From: a virus
Lineage: Duplodnaviria; Heunggongvirae; Uroviricota; Caudoviricetes
IMG/VR virus record: IMGVR_UViG_3300025778_000009
Direction: 5' to 3' (one strand)
Length of the DNA stretch: 64,000 nt
The position numbers and the translations under genes are program-made. Below, one piece after another: positions 28,037 through 35,369 of this stretch. Position 1 is the first letter of the stretch. The number at the start of each line of letters is the position of its first letter. The notes below the pieces were generated by a model, which ran no database searches, was not told the origin of the DNA, and worked only from the letters and a program-made list of their open reading frames with translations.

Positions 28037-28387
28037 ATGACTGATAACGTAATACAATTTCCTACTAGAAATACAGATAAATTTTTTCCAACTAATGCTG
28101 AAGAATCAATAGATCATATCGAATTAATACGTAAAGACTACTGTGATGAGGTTGCCGATGATGCTGTAGAAGCAGTATTTGCAGTATTATCATCATACGG
28201 ACTACAAGTAAAGCCAGGTGAATCATCCATTAAAAATATTGTCTTTATGGAAGAGGCTATAAAATCTTTGTTATATTCAATTAAAAACGTACCACACACT
28301 TTCCAAGAAATAGCCGAAACTTGTGTCACTATAGATGGTGAAGCAAGAGAAGAGATGGAAAGATTAATAGAAGAAACTACTCAATAA
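28037..28387 (+). CDS. Hypothetical protein
   Basis: MTDNVIQFP N-terminus common in phages; SD GAGG. Confidence 0.6.
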   Translation: MTDNVIQFPTRNTDKFFPTNAEESIDHIELIRKDYCDEVADDAVEAVFAVLSSYGLQVKPGESSIKNIVFMEEAIKSLLYSIKNVPHTFQEIAETCVTIDGEAREEMERLIEETTQ

Positions 28388-28397
28388 CAGGTGTTTT

Positions 28398-29138
28398 ATG
28401 AGCGATATTTTAGAGAGTCAATTAGATACTTTACTTAATCAGTGTCTTGACCCAGCACAAAGCAATGAATCAATAAGATGGTTATTCAGTCAGGCTACAT
28501 CAGCTGCTTTAAAAACCAGACATGTATCTTTTGACAAATTTATTAAAATGGGTAATTTTAATTATACCGATATATTAAATGAAATAGTTCCAGAAGATTG
28601 GAATGATAATACAAACCGCCAAAATAATACTGATAGAGTACAGACAGAAAGTATTACATTAAGAAAAGCAAAAAATATTGACGGTATTACTGACCTTAAT
28701 TATAATCAAGACGTAAGAACAACTAAAGTAGGTTTAGATCATTATCCTAAAACTCTTCAATTTTTAAACAATTTTGCATTGAAACAAGGTGCAGGTAAGT
28801 TAGAAAGAGCTATGATCGTTAATTTAAAGCCTCATAGTGAAATTAGTTTACATTTTGATAGCGGATTATATTATCTTTTTAGAGATAGATATCATTTTAT
28901 ATTAAAGTCTAATGGCAGTGTTATGCAAGTTCATGATGAGCAATCAACATGGAATGAAGGTGAAGTATGGTGGTTTCAAAACAAATTAATGCATCAGGCA
29001 TATAATAATTCCGACGAGGATCGTATTCACATTATTTTTGATGTTCTTCCTTACAATAATATCGGTATGGTTACTAATGTTAGAAGAAAAACCTATGGCA
29101 ATTTTGGTGTAAAGCAAGATATTATTGAAAATTATTAA
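28398..29138 (+). CDS. 2OG-Fe(II) oxygenase, aspartyl/asparaginyl beta-hydroxylase-like
   Basis: AMIVNLKPHSEISLHFDSG (HxD), RYHFIL, GEVWWFQNKLMHQAYNNSDEDRIHIIFD. Confidence 0.8.
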   Translation: MSDILESQLDTLLNQCLDPAQSNESIRWLFSQATSAALKTRHVSFDKFIKMGNFNYTDILNEIVPEDWNDNTNRQNNTDRVQTESITLRKAKNIDGITDLNYNQDVRTTKVGLDHYPKTLQFLNNFALKQGAGKLERAMIVNLKPHSEISLHFDSGLYYLFRDRYHFILKSNGSVMQVHDEQSTWNEGEVWWFQNKLMHQAYNNSDEDRIHIIFDVLPYNNIGMVTNVRRKTYGNFGVKQDIIENY

Positions 29139-29145
29139 AAACCAG

Positions 29146-29174
29146 TTGATTAATTAATCTATACATATTATATT
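29146..29174 (+). promoter_or_regulatory. Early promoter TTGATT-N17-TATATT
   Basis: Intergenic upstream of rnh. Confidence 0.6.
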
Positions 29175-29204
29175 AATAGTACAGATTAATGTGGAACATT
29201 TAAA

Positions 29205-30065
29205 ATGATTTTGGTAGATTTTAATCAGGTCATGATTTCCAACCTGATGATGCAATTAGGAAATCATACAAACATCCCTATCGAAGAGGGACTGTTTAGA
29301 CACATGGTAATTAATTCTCTCCGTACTTACAAAACTAAATTTGGTAAAGACTACGGAGAGATTATTATTGCTTGTGATGATAAAAATTATTGGCGTAAGC
29401 AAGTATTTCCTTACTATAAAGCAAATCGTAAAAAGAACCGTGATGCCTCAGAGATAGACTGGGTAAACGTATTTGAGTGCTTTAATAAAGTAAAGCAGGA
29501 AATTAAAGAAAATTTTCCTTACAGAGTTATTCAAGTGGAATCAGCGGAAGCTGATGATATCATTGCAACATTAGTTCTACAAAACGGTTCTGATGTTTTA
29601 AATTATGGTGAGAGTATTCTTATACTTTCTGGTGATAAAGATTTTATTCAGCTGCAGACGTTTGGTAATGTTAAGCAATATGATCCTGTAAGAAAAAAAT
29701 GGATCTCTCACAATGATCCTAAAAAATATCTTTTTGAGCAGATCTTAAAAGGTGATACTGGTGATGGTGTTCCCAACGTTCTTAGTAGCGATAATGTATT
29801 TGTTACTAATGGTAGACAGCGCCCTCTTACACAAAAAAAGATAGATAAAATTTATAGTGATGGTGGAATGCTTTTAGACCCTCAAGCAGATCGTAATTTT
29901 CTTCGTAACAAGCAAATGATCGATTTGACTATGATTCCAGAAAATATTAAAAATGAAGTAATTAATAAATATAATGAGGAATCAGGAAAAGATCGCAGTA
30001 AATTGTTTAATTATTTTATAGAACATAAGTTAAAACTTCTTATGGAAAACATTGGTGAATTTTAA
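29205..30065 (+). CDS. rnh: T4-type RNase H / 5'-3' flap exonuclease
   Basis: MILVDFNQV, YWRKQVFPYYKANRK, AEADDIIA, ILSGDKDFIQL, GDTGDGVPN. Confidence 0.92.
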   Translation: MILVDFNQVMISNLMMQLGNHTNIPIEEGLFRHMVINSLRTYKTKFGKDYGEIIIACDDKNYWRKQVFPYYKANRKKNRDASEIDWVNVFECFNKVKQEIKENFPYRVIQVESAEADDIIATLVLQNGSDVLNYGESILILSGDKDFIQLQTFGNVKQYDPVRKKWISHNDPKKYLFEQILKGDTGDGVPNVLSSDNVFVTNGRQRPLTQKKIDKIYSDGGMLLDPQADRNFLRNKQMIDLTMIPENIKNEVINKYNEESGKDRSKLFNYFIEHKLKLLMENIGEF

Positions 30066-30066
30066 T

Positions 30067-30510
30067 ATGAGTACACTATTTAAAATGAATTCTGTTGCTA
30101 AGGTATTGCAACAGATAAATGACTTAGATGACAAGAAACAAATTATCGAGTCATTAAGAGTAAATGGGCATCCAGTATTGATGAATATTCTTAAATACAT
30201 GTTTGATCCGTCCATTAAATTTCTTCTTCCAGAAGGTAGACCTCCTTTTAAAGTAAATATGTATGATGAACCTAAAGCTTTATTAAATGAAGCTAGGAGA
30301 TTATATTTGTTTATAGAAGGTGGTAATCCTAATTTGAAACCAATCCGTAGAGAACAAATTTTTATTGAAATTCTACAAATGGTAAGCCCTGCTGATGCAG
30401 ACTTACTTATTGCTATGAAAGATAAAAAATCACCTTATAAGAATATTACTAAAGCTGTCGTTAAAGAAGCATTTCCAGGGTTAATTAGCGAAAATGAACA
30501 AGTCAAATAA
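30067..30510 (+). CDS. Conserved T4-superfamily hypothetical protein
   Basis: FLLPEGRPPF...EARRLYLFIEGGNPNLKPIRREQIFIEILQ; start likely ATG 30067. Confidence 0.65.
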   Translation: MSTLFKMNSVAKVLQQINDLDDKKQIIESLRVNGHPVLMNILKYMFDPSIKFLLPEGRPPFKVNMYDEPKALLNEARRLYLFIEGGNPNLKPIRREQIFIEILQMVSPADADLLIAMKDKKSPYKNITKAVVKEAFPGLISENEQVK

Positions 30511-30682
30511 ATTTCAAAAGTTTGATTTTAAACCATCTAAAAAAAGAAACGGATACATCGATGAAGAGAATATATCATTCAAAGATGTTAAAAGAGATAA
30601 ACACCAGAAGCAATATCGCAATTATGATAATGCTTTAAGATCAAAAAATTTAGATCGCCTTCTTTCATACGACGAAGAATAA
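30494..30682 (+). CDS. Small basic hypothetical protein
   Basis: 62 aa in operon. Confidence 0.55.
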   Translation: MNKSNKFQKFDFKPSKKRNGYIDEENISFKDVKRDKHQKQYRNYDNALRSKNLDRLLSYDEE

Positions 30683-30686
30683 TTAC

Positions 30687-30884
30687 ATGGAAAATTTTTT
30701 ATTTGCAATTGGTTACACTTGTATCTTGGCTGTTATTTCTTATTACTATTGGATTGAAGGTAATAAAAGAGGTATTAGTGAGACAGTTCATATTATTATG
30801 CAACACGAACCTGAAGCTTTAATGAGAATGAGACCGAAACTTAAGGAGATGCTAAATGTCACAACAACAGATGTTGAACAGTAA
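30687..30884 (+). CDS. Small membrane protein
   Basis: N-terminal TM helix. Confidence 0.5.
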   Translation: MENFLFAIGYTCILAVISYYYWIEGNKRGISETVHIIMQHEPEALMRMRPKLKEMLNVTTTDVEQ

Positions 30885-31059
30885 CCCGTCAGATTCTACC
30901 AAGATTATTGACGAATATTATAACCCAAAAAATCTTTCAGAAAAAGCATATCTTCAAGATTTAGTAGAAGAAGAGATGCGCGCCAAAGGCATGGATCCCC
31001 TAAATAAAGATGACGTTCAAAAGTACTGGGCGTCTAAGGGTATACATTTTAATGGCTAA
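30856..31059 (+). CDS. Hypothetical protein
   Basis: SD AAGGAG; 67 aa. Confidence 0.55.
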   Translation: MSQQQMLNSNPSDSTKIIDEYYNPKNLSEKAYLQDLVEEEMRAKGMDPLNKDDVQKYWASKGIHFNG

Positions 31060-31288
31060 TTATACATTCTATAATAAGACTACTAAAAAAGTATCTATTA
31101 TTAATATGCCTATGGATGAGTTAGATTCATTTAAAGAGGCAAACCCTCATTTAGAACAACAAATCACCGTTCCTAATATTGCAGACCCAACCAGATTAGG
31201 CCTTCATAAGCCTGATTCTGGCTTTCGTGATGTTCTAAAGCGTATTAAAAAGGCAAGCGGTAAAAGGAGCACTATTAATACATGGTAA
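31052..31288 (+). CDS. Conserved small protein upstream of phoH
   Basis: MANYTFYNKTT...NPHLEQ...KPDSGFRDVLKRIKK; start reassigned to ATG 31052. Confidence 0.65.
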   Translation: MANYTFYNKTTKKVSIINMPMDELDSFKEANPHLEQQITVPNIADPTRLGLHKPDSGFRDVLKRIKKASGKRSTINTW

Positions 31289-31304
31289 AATAAGAGAGGC
31301 CTAC

Positions 31305-32111
31305 ATGCAAGCATTATCTCGCGCTGAAAAAAGATTAATGAAACAACAAAAGCGTCAGGAGCAACAAAAACAAAGAAATAGCCTCGAACTAAAAACAATA
31401 CAACCTAAGACAAAGAACCAGGAGTTAATTTTTAAAGAATTTATTAACGGTAAGAATCTTTTAATCCACGGTCTTCCAGGTACAGGTAAATCATTTTTAT
31501 CATTGTATTTGGCATTGTCAGATATTGAAGAATATAGAGACTATAATAGTGTTACGATCATTAGATCGGTTGTTCCATCAAGAGATATGGGATTCCTTCC
31601 AGGGTCCATTGCAGATAAAGCTAAAATTTATGAAGCCCCTTATAAATCTATCTGTGCCGAACTTTACGGTAGAGGGGATGCTTACGAAATTCTAAAAAAC
31701 AAAAATACCATTTATTTTGAAACATCTTCTTTCCTAAGAGGTATGACTCTAGACAATACAATCATTATTGTTGATGAGTGTCAAAACATGACATATTCAG
31801 AATTATGTACTATTATTACTAGAGCAGGAAATAACTGTAAGATTATTTTCTGTGGCGATTATAGACAAACTGATTTAAAATGGGATGATGAGAAGTCTGG
31901 TATTTTCCAATTTATGAAAATTCTTCACAAAATGAATAAGTATTTTTCATGTATTGAATTAGTAGAAGATGATATTGTTAGATCAGGTTTAGTTAAAGAT
32001 TTTATTATTAAGAAGACACAAATTGAAAATAATTTCAGAGTTCCAGTCAGAGCTGCCGGCTCTTTTAGCCCAACGCAAGCGCTTCACTCACCTCCCCCAA
32101 AAGATCCTTAA
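31305..32111 (+). CDS. phoH: PhoH-family ATPase
   Basis: GLPGTGKS Walker A, RSVVPSRDMGFLPG, FLRGMT, IIVDECQN, CGDYRQTDL, DIVRSGLV. Confidence 0.93.
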   Translation: MQALSRAEKRLMKQQKRQEQQKQRNSLELKTIQPKTKNQELIFKEFINGKNLLIHGLPGTGKSFLSLYLALSDIEEYRDYNSVTIIRSVVPSRDMGFLPGSIADKAKIYEAPYKSICAELYGRGDAYEILKNKNTIYFETSSFLRGMTLDNTIIIVDECQNMTYSELCTIITRAGNNCKIIFCGDYRQTDLKWDDEKSGIFQFMKILHKMNKYFSCIELVEDDIVRSGLVKDFIIKKTQIENNFRVPVRAAGSFSPTQALHSPPPKDP

Positions 32112-32754
32112 TTCAACTGAGGTGTTAGAACAAGTAAATACAGACACCGGTAGGTACTATAAAACACCTACCGGTGAACTCTATCCATCAGTAACAACAG
32201 TAACAGGATTAATGGGCGCAGATGCAATTAAACAATGGCGAGATAGAGTCGGTGATGAAGAAGCAAATAGAGTTAGCAGCCAAGCAGCTACTCGAGGTAC
32301 ACGCATTCATCAACTCTGCGAAAACTATCTCAATAATGATAACATCGATACCTCTAAATATACTTTCGATGATGTTGAAAACTTCAGATTACTTAAACAG
32401 CAACTTGACACAAACATCGACAACATCCACCTACAAGAAGTAAGATTGTATTCAGATTATCTTAAGATGGCTGGTACAGTAGACTGTATTGCAGAATGGA
32501 AAGGTAAGTTGGCTATCATAGATTTTAAGACAGCGAGAAAGCCAAAGAATAAAGAATACATTCTTAATTATTTTTGTCAGGCTACAGCATATGCTATTAT
32601 GTACGAAGAGAGATTTAGTATCCCAGTAAGTAGAATAGTTATTCTTATTTCAGTAGATGATGAAGAGCCTCAGATTTTTGAAGACCGTAGAGATAATTAT
32701 ATTAAACCGTTATTAGATATTAGAGAAAAATATATATTAAAATTTGGAGTGTAA
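32023..32754 (+). CDS. PD-(D/E)xK exonuclease
   Basis: YPSVTTV, RGTRIH, AGTVDCIAEWKGKLAIIDFKT, YFCQATAYAIM; start uncertain (TTG 32023 or GTG 32122). Confidence 0.85.
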   Translation: MKIISEFQSELPALLAQRKRFTHLPQKILNSTEVLEQVNTDTGRYYKTPTGELYPSVTTVTGLMGADAIKQWRDRVGDEEANRVSSQAATRGTRIHQLCENYLNNDNIDTSKYTFDDVENFRLLKQQLDTNIDNIHLQEVRLYSDYLKMAGTVDCIAEWKGKLAIIDFKTARKPKNKEYILNYFCQATAYAIMYEERFSIPVSRIVILISVDDEEPQIFEDRRDNYIKPLLDIREKYILKFGV

Positions 32755-32755
32755 A

Positions 32756-33406
32756 ATGCAATTCTCTGATGATGAAATAAAAGAAATGAGATCAATATTA
32801 TATAATTATATAAATGATAACTGTATAATAAGAAGACCGCCAGGTGATAGAAATTTTGTTTTACTAACACATAGTGGTGATCGTTACATATGGCAATTTT
32901 ATTTACGTAAAATGCTGTTTAATAGTAAATTTCTCACATACACAGGTATGCTTTTTTGGTCAAAGTACGCAGAAGAATTTAAAAAATCACCTTTTCAAAT
33001 AGCAGGTTTAGAAACCGGATCAACACCTCTTATAGTTGGTCTAGCTATGACCGCCCCTTCTTTTGGTATTAACGTAAATGCTTTTTCTATAAGAAAAGAC
33101 AGAAAAACTTACGGTACTCTTAATAGGATGGAAGGTATAGTTACTGATGAGCCTGTCATGCTAGTAGACGATTTATGTAATTCTAAAAACACAATGTTTT
33201 TAGCTAAAAAATATTGTGAAGAGGAAGATCTTAAAATTTACAATAAAGCTTTTACAGTCGTAAATAAAAACATTTTAAAAACTGACTCAACTGAGTTTGA
33301 CAAATATATAGGTGAGACACTTCCGGTAGATTCATTATTTTATATTAATGAATTTGATTTAGAATATCTAGATTATTTCGATAAGAAAAATAATATTGGA
33401 GAGTAA
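32756..33406 (+). CDS. Type I phosphoribosyltransferase-fold protein (OPRT-like)
   Basis: IAGLETGSTP, IRKDRKTYG, PRPP-binding loop VMLVDDLCNSKNT; start ATG 32756 after SD GGAG. Confidence 0.75.
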   Translation: MQFSDDEIKEMRSILYNYINDNCIIRRPPGDRNFVLLTHSGDRYIWQFYLRKMLFNSKFLTYTGMLFWSKYAEEFKKSPFQIAGLETGSTPLIVGLAMTAPSFGINVNAFSIRKDRKTYGTLNRMEGIVTDEPVMLVDDLCNSKNTMFLAKKYCEEEDLKIYNKAFTVVNKNILKTDSTEFDKYIGETLPVDSLFYINEFDLEYLDYFDKKNNIGE

Positions 33407-33408
33407 TA

Positions 33409-33555
33409 ATGAAAAAACCTTTAGATGATATTAAAGTTAATAAAGTAAATGTTCCTAATATTAAAAAAGATCCTAATTTAAATTCTATGAAAATGAAACA
33501 AAATTTTAATGTAAAGAGTTCTAAAAATTTTACAGGTAAAAGTAGAGGCAGATAA
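33409..33555 (+). CDS. Small basic protein (48 aa), not in ORF track
   Basis: SD GGAG; MKKPLDDIKVNKVNVPNIKKDPNLNSMKMKQNFNVKSSKNFTGKSRGR. Confidence 0.55.
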   Translation: MKKPLDDIKVNKVNVPNIKKDPNLNSMKMKQNFNVKSSKNFTGKSRGR

Positions 33556-33556
33556 A

Positions 33557-33727
33557 ATGTTTGGTCTATTTGGTAAAGGTAAGACTGTCTCAAAGTCTAG
33601 ATCATCCAAAGTTGTTAAAACTAAATCCGGTTCTTCTACATTTACTAAATATAAATCTTCTAATGGTAAAACCAAATGGGTTAAGTCAGGTGGCACGGGT
33701 AGTTTTAAGCACCGCAAGAAAAAATAA
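33557..33727 (+). CDS. Small extremely basic protein (56 aa), not in ORF track
   Basis: 1 nt after previous stop; MFGLFGKGKTVSKSRSSKVVKTKSGSSTFTKYKSSNGKTKWVKSGGTGSFKHRKKK. Confidence 0.55.
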   Translation: MFGLFGKGKTVSKSRSSKVVKTKSGSSTFTKYKSSNGKTKWVKSGGTGSFKHRKKK

Positions 33728-33730
33728 CAG

Positions 33731-33761
33731 TTGATTTCTACTTTATAATATAGTATAAATA
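33731..33761 (+). promoter_or_regulatory. Composite early/late promoter of tmRNA
   Basis: TTGATT-N17-TATAAA, whose -10 box is the first six bases of a perfect TATAAATA (33754-33761). Confidence 0.65.
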
Positions 33762-33764
33762 TAA

Positions 33765-34198
33765 TGCTGATGTTGTTGACATCTAGTAGAATAGACATTC
33801 TGGACGCGGGGGCAGTACCCGCCGCCTCCACCATAGATACACAAACATCCTGCGAGATTGTTGCTTTAGGGTAGGGTGACAAGAAATAGAACAGCAACTA
33901 ATACTTGTTTTATTTGTGTATCTTTGATGGGGGCGCACTAAGGTGTGTTCCATAATATACATGAGGGTTGAAGTTCCTAGTTGTTCGGCGGTAGCGGGAC
34001 ATTCCAGCTTTGGGTGTATATCATATGGGGGCGAAATAGGATCGACAGGTGTAGTAAAGACAAGATCGAGACTGAGGCAAAAAAAACTAAATGGCATGTT
34101 AAAAGCATCCAACGACAACGTTCCTTACTCAGCAATGAAAATTGCTGCTTAAGAATTGAGTCTGGGGTATGAGCTCCACCCTATTAAATAACGGGCTC
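33765..34198 (+). ncRNA. ssrA: Two-piece (circularly permuted) tmRNA gene, alphaproteobacterial type
   Basis: Acceptor piece ends GACGCGGGGGCAGTACCCGCCGCCTCCACCA (33833; GGCAGUA T-loop, encoded CCA) upstream of coding piece GGGGGCGAAATAGGATCGAC (34027); tag frame 34105-34152 ASNDNVPYSAMKIAA*; 3' pseudoknot GGGG/CCC with TGAGCTC/GGGCTCA; outer ends approximate. Confidence 0.92.
33834..34026 (+). other. Expanded tmRNA intervening region with duplicated ATGGGGGCG junction and two long hairpins
   Basis: ATGGGGGCG at 33927-33935 and 34025-34033; TAGATACACAAA/TTTGTGTATCT stem; ATATACAT/GTGTATAT-closed second hairpin. Confidence 0.75.
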
Positions 34199-34238
34199 AC
34201 TACACTTTAAACACAAACACAACACATAGGAGACTAAA

Positions 34239-34454
34239 ATGACAAAGACACCTTTTGAAATCAGATTTGATTTAATTCAATATGCACGTGGACAATTAAG
34301 CGATACTTATTATGCTGCCATGGAACGCATTAGAGAAACTACAGCAGAACATTCTATAGAACGCACAGCTGCTATTAATGCATTATCTTACCCTACTAAT
34401 GAGCAAATTATGGCTTTAGCAAATGAGCTAAAAGTTTTTATTGATAGTAAGTAA
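34239..34454 (+). CDS. Conserved small phage protein
   Basis: SD AGGAG; MTKTPFEIRFDLIQYAR...YPTNEQIMALANELKVFIDSK. Confidence 0.7.
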   Translation: MTKTPFEIRFDLIQYARGQLSDTYYAAMERIRETTAEHSIERTAAINALSYPTNEQIMALANELKVFIDSK

Positions 34455-34464
34455 CAACATATAA

Positions 34465-34487
34465 AGTGGAGGGTACCCCCCTCCACT
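34465..34487. terminator. GC-rich 9-bp hairpin (possible terminator or processing site)
   Basis: AGTGGAGGG-TACCC-CCCTCCACT; lacks a clear U-tract on the + strand. Confidence 0.4.
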
Positions 34488-34505
34488 CCCCATTAAGGAA
34501 TAAAA

Positions 34506-34733
34506 ATGGTAAAAATTAAAACTAACGAAGATTTTATTCGTGAGATAGAAAATATTGTCAAGACTAAAAATATTGAATTTTTTGAAGCAGTATTATATTA
34601 TTGTGAAGTAAACAATGTAGAAGTAGAAGTTGCTGCTTCACTAGTAAAGCAAAGTAGTGCATTAAAAGCTAAAATTCAATTTGAAGCTGAAAACCTTAAT
34701 CTTATGAAGAAGACAGCACGACTTCCAATATGA
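34506..34733 (+). CDS. 33: Late transcription co-activator (T4 gp33)
   Basis: FIREIENIVKTKNIEFFEAVLYYCE...LKAKIQFEAENLNLMK; synteny 33-59-32. Confidence 0.85.
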   Translation: MVKIKTNEDFIREIENIVKTKNIEFFEAVLYYCEVNNVEVEVAASLVKQSSALKAKIQFEAENLNLMKKTARLPI

Positions 34734-35305
34734 CACCTTTTGAGGCTTATAAATTATACAATGCCGTCTCTATGCATTTTACCACAGAAAGCTACGACTA
34801 CTTCAAGTATAACGGGAAAGTCCGTGCAGACGAACATACATTTGAAACCCGCAAAGACAAATATATGTTCTATAAACTTTCTAAGCATCCCGATCCCATC
34901 ACCTTCCTTGTCGCAAATTTCGCTGAAGGTAAAAAAATATGGGTCGGAGATTTATTCAGCCAAGATAAAGATCTGGCCTATAATGAGTATCTTAGAAGAA
35001 AACAATCATTAACCTATATCTTTGAAACAGATATAGATAATCTACTAGAAGATTTTGATAAGAATTTTGAAGTACCTGACGATGGTGATTATCCATACTT
35101 ACTTAAGCTTCTTACCAGAAAAAAGATAGCCAAAGAATCATTTATTATAATTAATGACTGTGTGAGATTCTTTGGTTCTTGGAATAAAAAAATTGCAGAT
35201 CCTGTACTCTGGCCACAGATTGCATTGAACTGTAAAAAATTATTTCCATTTATGTCCTATGATAAGGATAAATATTGTGGGATTTTGAGAAGCAAATTCT
35301 CTTGA
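34730..35305 (+). CDS. 59: Helicase loader (T4 gp59)
   Basis: YKLYNAVSMHFTTESYDYFKYNGK, RKDKYMFYKL; synteny. Confidence 0.88.
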   Translation: MTPFEAYKLYNAVSMHFTTESYDYFKYNGKVRADEHTFETRKDKYMFYKLSKHPDPITFLVANFAEGKKIWVGDLFSQDKDLAYNEYLRRKQSLTYIFETDIDNLLEDFDKNFEVPDDGDYPYLLKLLTRKKIAKESFIIINDCVRFFGSWNKKIADPVLWPQIALNCKKLFPFMSYDKDKYCGILRSKFS

Positions 35306-35330
35306 TTTCATATACATCGTAAACTACAAT
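35302..35330 (+). promoter_or_regulatory. Early promoter TTGATT-N17-TACAAT for gene 32
   Basis: Near-consensus sigma70 boxes at exact 17-nt spacing. Confidence 0.65.
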
Positions 35331-35360
35331 TAATATATCGTATACATCGTAACACATCGG
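35311..35360 (+). repeat. A(C/T)ATCG repeats in gene 32 leader
   Basis: TATACATCGTAA exact at 35311 and 35341; variants ATATCG at 35335 and ACATCG at 35354. Confidence 0.8.
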
Positions 35361-35369
35361 AGAAATAAT

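Noticed and set aside
32023-32754. Cas4-like appearance of the exonuclease
   Set aside because: No Fe-S Cys cluster, no cas genes and no repeat-spacer array seen; standard T4-like PD-(D/E)xK exonuclease
33943-34152. 69-aa ORF running from the tmRNA intervening region in frame into the tag
   Set aside because: It crosses the tRNA-like domain, has no well-spaced SD, and its end is simply the tag frame; best explained as chance openness
33478-34172. Track ORFs 33345-33593(-), 33478-33897(-), 33783-34118(-) and 33981-34172(+)
   Set aside because: Antisense or out-of-frame shadows of the two basic micro-ORFs and the tmRNA
35311-35360. Short repeats as a mini-CRISPR array
   Set aside because: Units are 6-12 nt with no spacer-length intervals
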